Of a DNA stretch of 64,000 nt, positions 11,237 to 64,000 are shown in pieces (positions within the stretch are counted from its first letter, which is position 1; the number at the start of each line of letters is the position of its first letter). The notes under the pieces were generated by a model. It saw only the letters and a list, made by a program, of their open reading frames with translations. It was not told where the DNA came from and searched no databases. Source of the stretch: Octopus sinensis (taxonomy: Eukaryota); assembly GCF_006345805.1 (NCBI RefSeq), contig NC_043014.1:558001-622000 (forward strand), in the 5' to 3' direction. The position numbers and the translations under genes are program-made.

Positions 11237-11601
11237 CTAGCAGTATCGCCCGGCGTTGCTCGGGTTTGTTTCGACCCTTTAGAATTAGAATTTTTGAAAA
11301 GTAAAAATTTAGCTTGTTATTCTCTTTGAGTGAACATTTTTCTGGTTGAAATACACCGAAAAATGGTGACACAGCAGTCAAAAAATCGTAAAAAATAGGG
11401 ATTTTCATAGAAAAAAAAGTACCATTTCGGTGTAAATAACTTTCGGTGTTAACATGGTCCGATTTGAATTTTTTCTTCTACGGATGGAAGAGCAAGCCTT
11501 CTTCTATCATACTCTCAATTTTGGTCTCAGAGGAGATAGTGTTAGTTGAAGGCTACCAAACCTGCCACACCCAAACAACTTCAGCTTTAGAGAGAGAGAG
11601 A
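11237..11601 (-). mobile_element. Non-autonomous Helitron
   Basis: Minus strand starts TC, ends CTAG with subterminal hairpin CCCGAGCAACGCCGGG, inserted between A and T. Confidence 0.7.
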
Positions 11602-11841
11602 TTTCATAGAAAAAAACCCCATTTTCCTTAAAGTTAAAAAGGAGAAACTCGGATCTTGTGAATTTTCCGAGTTCCTCTCCCCACCTTCCCGTTACTTTGC
11701 CCGCATATTCGTTTCCTACACATTTTTTTTACACCCATTCCAGTATTTTTTTCTCATTTTCTTTTCCGGGTCAAGTTGTAAACAAGTTGTGAACAATAAC
11801 CGATATAAATTGATTGATTGAATGATTGATTCTATACTTAC

Positions 11842-11883
11842 GAGTGTCAAGTTGACCATTTGTCGAAGGAAGTCTGTTTCCAT
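11842..11883 (-). CDS. Probable first coding exon of the TPR-TIR gene: METDFLRQMVNLTL
   Basis: gagATGG Kozak context, 14 codons, consensus gtaagt donor in phase 0 matching the phase-0 acceptor at 4864. Confidence 0.7.
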
Positions 11884-11889
11884 CTCGTC

Positions 11890-11993
11890 GCTGAAGTTGT
11901 GTCAGGAAAGAATTTATAAAGCGGACAAGTGCGAAGAAAGACTTTGATGGAATCAGGTTAACAGCGAGGAAATAAGGAAATGAAACGGGAAAC
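11890..11993 (-). promoter_or_regulatory. Putative core promoter: TATAAA (11913-11918) plus IRF/ISRE-like GAAA cluster (11968-11993)
   Basis: Plus strand reads GGAAATAAGGAAATGAAACGGGAAAC (four GAAA cores); TATAAA and a TCAG lie just upstream of the ATG. Confidence 0.45.
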
Positions 11994-12132
11994 AGTTCAA
12001 ACGTTTCTTTCTCTTTCTTTTTTATCCTTCTTAGTTTCTGTCAGTGAAATAAATACCTCGGTCTCCACCCGACAAGCAGCGATACTTAAAACTATAACGA
12101 AATATATAAATAATAATATAGGAAGTTTAGAC

Positions 12133-12172
<40 letters not shown>

Positions 12173-12270
12173 TATATTATATTATATTATATATATATTA
12201 TATATTATATATTATTATATTATATTATATATATAATATATATATTATATTATATTATTATATTATATTA

Positions 12271-12309
<39 letters not shown>

Positions 12310-12339
12310 TATATTATATTATATATATATATATAATAT

Positions 12340-12381
<42 letters not shown>

Positions 12382-12462
12382 TATTATATTATATTATATT
12401 ATATATATTATATTATTTATATATATATATTATATCATATGATATATATATATATATATATA
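12133..12462. repeat. Long (AT)n/(TATTA)n microsatellite
   Basis: About 330 bp almost entirely A/T. Confidence 0.95.
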
Positions 12463-12704
12463 TGAAAGGATGAACAGATCTTGTCAAGTGATAGGGTCAT
12501 AAAGTCCATTTCTCAGATTCTGTTTCATATATAATCAACTCCTCTCCACTGGATGGGATGCTGGTCCATCACCGAATGACTCCCTTGTGCCTGCTGAGTA
12601 GAATGAAGGAGCAATGCAAAATGAAGTGTCTCGATCAAGAACACAATGTCCCACCTTGTTCAGGAATCAAAACCACAGTCTTATGATCATGGATACAATA
12701 TACC

Positions 12705-13508
12705 TGTAACGGCATTGATTAATTTGTAATGGTTGATTTCTTTGTTGAAGTTGAGGGTAGTATAGTTTGTAATGGTTTGCTGTTAGTTGATTGCCATAAT
12801 GTAAGATAAAGGAAGAACAGAGAATGAAGGAAGAGATATCTATTTACCGTCACGTTGTATATATCCAAAACCACGATGGGTTGATATGTATAACTATTAA
12901 ATGGAAAAGCATCCGAGGTTAAAAAGAGTTCATTTCGGCCAGTATGTGTGTACACGTTCTTGTTGTAGTAGTAAACCACAGAGAGAGATATGGTAATGTA
13001 GAGAGAAAGAAAGTGAGAGAGTTGAGAGAAGTTGGGTCTCAAATTTGCTGATTGTAACTTTCTGTACCTTCTATTTATGCCTTTTATAGGCGAATAAAGA
13101 AATTGTGGCCTTTTGGTTTCTAGTCGCTGCCTGCTTGTGGCTATGACTCTAGTGGTCTGTTCAATAACTTATGGTCGCTCTTACCAACTGGTTACTCACT
13201 AACTTTTGCTTAGGAGTTCTTGTTTTTATAACTATCCAAAATTAGTCAGAAAGGTGGACATAGTGTTGAGAACAATAGATTTCATTGGAGGTCTGTGATA
13301 TCTCTATTCTAGCTATTGGTGAAATAGAAGAGGTTAGAAGGGTCAAGTGGCAAAGATATTATTTTGCTTAGCTAAGGCATCTGGCAAATGTAACTGCTGT
13401 CACTCACAGAAAAACTATTGTTTTACTGTGAGAAAGTGTTGTTGAACTGTTCATTTAAATTCGGTTATCAAGGATCGAATCCATGCTATGCCTGCATGAT
13501 CCACTACA
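12705..13508 (-). mobile_element. Solo LTR (804 bp), probably Ty3/gypsy-type
   Basis: TGTAACGG...CCACTACA ends; 4-bp duplication TACC at 12701-12704 and 13509-13512; splits a SINE-like sequence; minus-strand TATAAAAG at 13081-13088 followed by a pyrimidine-rich tract. Confidence 0.75.
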
Positions 13509-14404
13509 TACCCTATCCACTAAGCCAAGTGCCTCCTCATAACCACACACACACACACCACACATGGAGAGAGAGAGAGAGAGAGAGGACAGACAGATGG
13601 GGTGGGTGGCTGGTAAGATGTTCGCTTTCCAACTGCATGCCTCTCAGTTCAATCCCACTGCATGACGCATTGGGAAAGTGTTTTTTACTATTGCCTTGGG
13701 TCAGTCAGAGCCTTGTGTGTGGATTAGGGAGATGGAAACTGAAAGAAGCCTGTTGTTTTTATGTGTCTTCCACCGGCACCATTTGACAACCAGTGTTGGT
13801 TAGTTGATGTCCCCATCAGTGGCAGCTTGTAGGTAAAATTATTCAGGGTTCTGGTTCAGAAAGTTTTTAGCCATTGTTTTAATATTGTGTAAAAAGAAAC
13901 AAACAGATAAAAAGAAAATTTATACGTAAACTTGGTCAGTTCACATTTTAGCCACTGCCAGGAAGTGTGTTTAATTTGTTCACTGAACACTGCTGCAAAT
14001 CCTCCCTTGTTTTTCACAAATCCTCCCTAAATCACAAAATACTGGCGGGGTGGGGGATTTGCCCCCTTTTTCAAATCCTGGTAGTAATACCGAAGCTGGA
14101 AACAGGATAATAATCTAATTCTACACTTTATCCCCTTCAAGAATATAAAACACGTTTTTAAGCCCAACCCACGTGGAGAGTCCAAAAGAAACGCTACCTT
14201 TCCCTGGCACTGTCGTTCATGCAGTGCTCTCCCTTCTTAGTGTGAAGCTTCCTATCTCAGACATGTGAGCATGTGCACAGCGTCCAAACACCACATCGCT
14301 GGATCTGTGAAGGGCACAGTTTTATACAAGGATTTTTGTATTGTTTTGCATAAACTAGGGAATGGCTATTGACATTAAGCTGGAGGATTAGATGATAATC
14401 TTAT

Positions 14405-14646
14405 TCTCTCTTTTACTTGTTTCAGTCATTTGACTGTGGCCATGCTGGAGCACTGCCTTTAGTCGAGCAAATCGACCCCAGGACTTATTCTTTGTAAGCC
14501 TAGTACTTATTCTATCGGTCTCTTTTGCCGAACCGCTAAGTTAAGGGGATGTAAACACACCAGCATCGGTTGTCAAGTGAAGTTTGGGGGGACGAACATT
14601 GACACACAAACATATACACACACACATACATATCTATCTATCTATC

Positions 14647-14677
<31 letters not shown>

Positions 14678-14840
14678 GACGGGCATCTTTCAATTTCCGT
14701 CAACCAAATCCACTCACAAGGCTTTGGTTGACCCAAGACTATAGTAGAAGACACTTGCCCAAGATGCCATGCAGTGGGATTGAACCCAGAACCATGTGGC
14801 TGGTTAGAAAGCTACTTACCACAAAGCCGCTCCTATGCCT
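14405..14840 (-). mobile_element. tRNA-derived CORE-type SINE; partial copies at about 13600-13830, 36440-36570, 37940-38090, 48285-48445, 62770-62930
   Basis: Minus strand: GGTTCAATCCC B box then cttgggcaagtgtcttctactatag...tgagtggatttgg..gacggaaa core. Confidence 0.7.
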
Positions 14841-15479
14841 AATGTACAAGTATAAAGAAAAAAGGATTCATTATATTAAATGTTATGAATGATATCGAGT
14901 GGAAATAGGGGGCGCTGCAATCCCACAGTCCCCATACCTTAGTAGTTTGGCAAAAAGGGATTGATAAAAGATTACAAACAAAATAAATAAAAGGATCAGT
15001 TAATTGACCCCTGGAAGGCTGCAGTCTGATGATTGAAGTGTGAAATAAAAGAAACATACTCACACATCTGTGTGTGTGTTTGTGTATGTGTTTTTGTGAG
15101 TGTGTTTGTGTGTATGTGTGTGTTTGTGAGTGTGTGTGTGTGTGTGGGTTAAACTTCCCAATCTTTTTGTCTCCTTTTTTCAGGACAGTTTCATGCATTG
15201 ATGAACCATCAACAGAATTGGAAAACATAAAGATTAAAAGTTGTAGTTGAGAAAAAGTTGGCTGACATGGAGGACTGGAAGCCAATTGAATATTGGAAGA
15301 GAGTTACCGGCATCATCGTGATGATTTGTGCTTGGCACTCAAATGCCAACGTCTTCACTGCTGCTCAACTCTCTGTGACCACTATAAAGGCTGTCAGGTG
15401 TGACATGGACAGCTGCACATAACTTGTACGATCCTCACAAGCCATTTGTCAACATTTACTTTCCTTTGTGCTTACCACA

Positions 15480-16300
15480 TTATAGTCTACAGTACCCTGT
15501 CAGACACTGTCTCTAAGACAAGGAATGTCAGGAATAATTCTGTACTCTTAGCCAAGTGTTTCTACTATAGTTGCCTCACTAGGAATAGTGCATCTGTGGT
15601 ACCTGTTCCAGCACAAATCAATTGTGCCAGAACTCTTTCTCTCTGACCTTCATAATTTGATCCAGTTGTTTCAAAATCTCTCTCAGGCATCACCTTTGAC
15701 CTTGTAGCAGTTTCCAGTGACACTGTTTTTTCGGTCTTTGGGTATGACACCTTCTTGTATGACTTCATTAATTAGCCACGTGTCCTACCTTACCGGATAT
15801 TTTAAGCATCTCTACAGCTTTCTCCCATTCTCCGGTCAACTTGAATTGCCGGTCCCTCTGTATGGTGAGTAGATTGTAGTCCTTCTCTATCTTGTGTGTT
15901 TCCCACATACACCAGCAATTCCACATCGATGGCAGATATACCATTCTCCTTCCAAATACACTTCTTACCCGTGACATCACAGTTCTCACCTTTCCATCCT
16001 GAACACTTCACAACTTGAACCCTCACATGGCAAGACAAGAACGAGTTTCTTCCTTGTCCCTAGCGAAACGTACCTGTCCCTTAGCAGCTCTCTTAACCAC
16101 TTGATAATACTCCTTACCATTACCTACCTTGCAGGTTTTCCAAACCTTTATTACCCTATCACCCATAATAATCCACCACCATGTAATATATTCACTGGGC
16201 TGGGCCTTCACTCCAGCCAAATGTCTGATCTGCAGCCCTAAACAAGTTATCTCGTAGAAAGTTCTTGACTTCAAGGGAATGCCGACTTCGTGGTGGGTCC
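15480..16300 (-). mobile_element. Degenerate RTE LINE fragment
   Basis: TTDALFLVRQL and WWW...VIKVWK motifs with frameshifts. Confidence 0.65.
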
Positions 16301-16533
16301 ATTAATGTACAGCAACATCTGTGAGAAATAAGAAAAACTGTGCCATGGTTTGCCAGCAGTTGCCAGATTTACACATTATGAGGTTTGTCCTCTCGTTTAA
16401 TTTACCTGTAATTCATTTATTTATTCTCAAATTCTCACAAAAAGATGTAGTTTACAACTATTATCCATCAATAAGTATTCTTAATTCCAGTAACATTTCT
16501 GATGGGTGTTTTGTCTTTTTATTGCCATCATTG

Positions 16534-16613
<80 letters not shown>

Positions 16614-18066
16614 GGCAGTGGCAAGCAAACAGGCCATAAACTTTAATGAGATGAAATATTCACATACACACACACACTCATTTTCATTATTGTTAAACAA
16701 GCATATTATTGGAAGGGACTTCAAAGTTTTGACCAGTTAAACCATCGTCACACGGTCAATGGTATTCTCGTTTAAGAATGATAAATTTGTACTCTACAAA
16801 ACTACAGAGTAACTATTCAGGTCAAAGCAAAATTGTTTTTATTAGAACTGCACAATAAAAACAAACATTAACAATATGTATATATGTGGATAGATTAGAG
16901 ACAAGTATTCTCTGTATAGAAGACACTTCATAATGCTCAAGAGATTCAAACTTGAGCAGGTTGAGGAATAAATGTAAGGAGAAGCAGCCTAGACAAGTCT
17001 CTGATGGGGTTTGTTATGCCTCTATTGCTATCATTGGTAGGATGTTAGGCAATGGGGGAGGAGAGAGAGAGAGACCTGTGGCTATAAATGGCAGTGGAAA
17101 GCAAATGTGCCATCAACTTTCATGAGAGACAAAATATTCAAACATACACAAACATACATACATTTAGTTTTCTTAAACAAGCAGATTATTGCCATAGCAC
17201 TTGCCTAGATTGCTTATCCTTACATTTACTCCTATATATATATATATATATGGCACCATTCGAGTGTGATTGGTACCAGTGTTGCCTTACTGGCACCTGT
17301 GCCGGTGGCATATGTAACAAGATTCAAGCGAGGTCATTGCCAGTACCGCCTGACTGGACCCCGTGCTGGTGGCATGTAAAAAGCACCCACTACACACTCG
17401 GAGTGGTTGGCGTTAGGAAGGGCATCCAGCTGTAGAAACTCTGCCAGATCAAGATTGGAGCCTGGTGCAGCCATCTGGTTCGCCAGCCCTCAGTCAAAAC
17501 CGTCCAACCCATGCTAGCATGAAAAGCAGACGTTAAACGATGATGATGATGATGATGATATAAATTTTTTCCGTAATGAGATTAAAAAAAACCCAAGGCT
17601 GTGTTGATTTTAGAACATTTATAAAAGCCTTGGGGTTTTTTTTTATTTCATTCTGAAAAAAAAAAAGAATTTATATATACACATGCTGATATATGACCTA
17701 CGTTGGACCCCTTATTTGCATAATCCCCAAACCTGGAACTTAACTATGGTCTGTCCATAGCACTTATTCAGCATTACCTGACACCATTACCTCTCATAAC
17801 CTATATATATATATGAGTGGCTTATTAGCAATTTAACAATCCAAAGGCAAATTCACAGGCATCACTAAAGTGACACAGGATACAAAGTGGTACCAGCACT
17901 GCTAGAAATAAGAGTCAAAACACACTATCTTAATGACTGACAAAGGAGATAAGTTCCCTAGCGAACAAAGTCAGATCACCAGTGATTTTGAATTTTGATA
18001 CAGAACATCTTAATTTTCATCCCTGTCTCTTACTGTGCCTAAGGTTAAACTCAACACATGTGTATA

Positions 18067-18278
18067 CAAGGGAATGCTGAGAAGTTCCTCACTTTAAGGG
18101 TATCATAAAAAGCCTGCTTGGAGGCCCAACTTTCTAAGTTCTTTTACAGGGCTTAGAAAATCTGAAGGATTGCTGCAATGAGTGAATCTGAGAGGGGAAT
18201 ATGTTGTATAGAGTCATAATTAACTGGTCCTCCTATATATTCTTTTACCCAACGCTAGGAACTTTTCAGCACCCCTTG
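18067..18278. mobile_element. Mariner-type MITE
   Basis: Terminal inverted repeats CAAGGGAATGCTGAGAAGTTCCT / AGGAACTTTTCAGCACCCCTTG, TA flank on the left. Confidence 0.7.
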
Positions 18279-18647
18279 TGTGTATGTGTGTGTATCATAA
18301 GATGTCCGACTGCTGCTGTTGGGTTTAGAACTCCAATACAGATTGTTGTCATCGTCCAGTCTTCTTATGTTACTGTTAGACGCAACCGTCGTGAAATTCA
18401 GGCCAAATTGAAGAGAGATTATGAGAAATACAAGTTTATGTTATTTGTCCCAACAGCTGTTTCACCATTGTGGTTAGTTGGAACCTCTCTACATTGGATG
18501 TTCCAAGTGTTATTGGATGCTTCTCAGACCATCAGGGCAACATCTTATTGTGTTATGTTACAGAGATCAAATGGCGTGGGGTGTAGGGTGGGGGGTAGAT
18601 TGTGAAATTAATGAAAACAAAACAAATTTAAAGAATAGAATAACTTT

Positions 18648-18653
18648 TTTATT
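18648..18653 (-). terminator. Probable NSMAF polyadenylation signal AATAAA
   Basis: AATAAA on the minus strand about 550 nt after the stop, followed by a T/GT-rich tract (ttctattctttaaatttgttttgtttt). Confidence 0.55.
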
Positions 18654-18829
18654 TTAATTAAAGTAATTAATCACAGATGTGGGAGAGAGGTGGGGGTAGG
18701 AGCTGATGTCAAAGTGGTCATAGCAACAGCATTAAGATGGGAAACTTGATATCATAATGGTGTGCTTGTAACATTGCAGTTTTATGGTTGTCAGTGTTGT
18801 AAATGTGGCATTCTAGTGTTACAGAAGTG

Positions 18830-19130
18830 CTATTGCGGTATTTTTAGCAGTGGTATGGCAGCAGTATTGTAGTGGTATCGTAGCATTACTATAACAGTTT
18901 GGTAGTGTTACAGCAGTGGTATTGTAATATCATAGCAGCCTGGCAGCAGTGGTATTGGAGTGTTGCAACAGCAGCACCTGAGTGTCACAGTAGTGTTATT
19001 AGAGTGTTGCAGCAGTGGTATCAGAGTGCAATAGCAGAGGTACTGGAGTGTTGTAGCAGCAGTGGTATTGGAGTGCTGCAGCAGTGGTATTGGAGTGCAG
19101 CAGCAGTGGTATTGCAGCGCAGCAGCAGCT
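18830..19130. repeat. Degenerate 22-25 bp minisatellite (gcagcagtggtattggagtgtt) in the NSMAF 3' UTR
   Basis: About 10 imperfect copies between the stop codon and the AATAAA. Confidence 0.75.
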
Positions 19131-19201
19131 GTGCTCCCCACCCCACCAATTATGGAATGCTCAGGATGAGACGTTGATGATGTGTTGTTGGTCCCTACTG
19201 G

Positions 19202-63927
<44,726 letters not shown>

Positions 63928-63947
63928 CTGCAATAGAAAAAAAGGAT

Positions 63948-63988
<41 letters not shown>

Positions 63989-64000
63989 CAAACACTAGAG

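Noticed and set aside
15180-15225. Minus-strand CTGTTGA...GAAACTGTC hammerhead-like string
   Set aside because: No convincing helix I or II in register.

Overview
Repeat-rich, AT-rich eukaryotic DNA. The SINE/LINE families and microsatellite load suggest an octopus or other coleoid cephalopod (inference, no database search). Two spliced minus-strand genes were reconstructed by hand. (1) NSMAF/FAN (GRAM/PH-BEACH-WD40): 27 phase-consistent GT-AG exons from 63927 to the stop at 19202, about 798 aa visible, 5' end beyond the window. (2) A TTC22/IFIT-like TPR protein with a C-terminal TIR-like domain: exons 11842-11883 and 2690-4864, about 738 aa, preceded by a TATA box, an IRF/ISRE-like GAAA cluster and a co-oriented solo LTR. 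Introns and spacers hold RTE LINEs with a PHD finger inserted in the ORF, many RTE 3' tails, tRNA-derived SINEs, MITEs, a non-autonomous Helitron and Penelope-like (PLE) fragments. The least obvious signal is a set of at least seven type I hammerhead ribozyme motifs from about five unrelated sequence contexts. Most have the palindromic helix III typical of PLE hammerheads, several have variant cores, and two sit in opposite arms of a 570-bp palindrome inside an NSMAF intron. Most short ORFs in the track are microsatellite or repeat artefacts.
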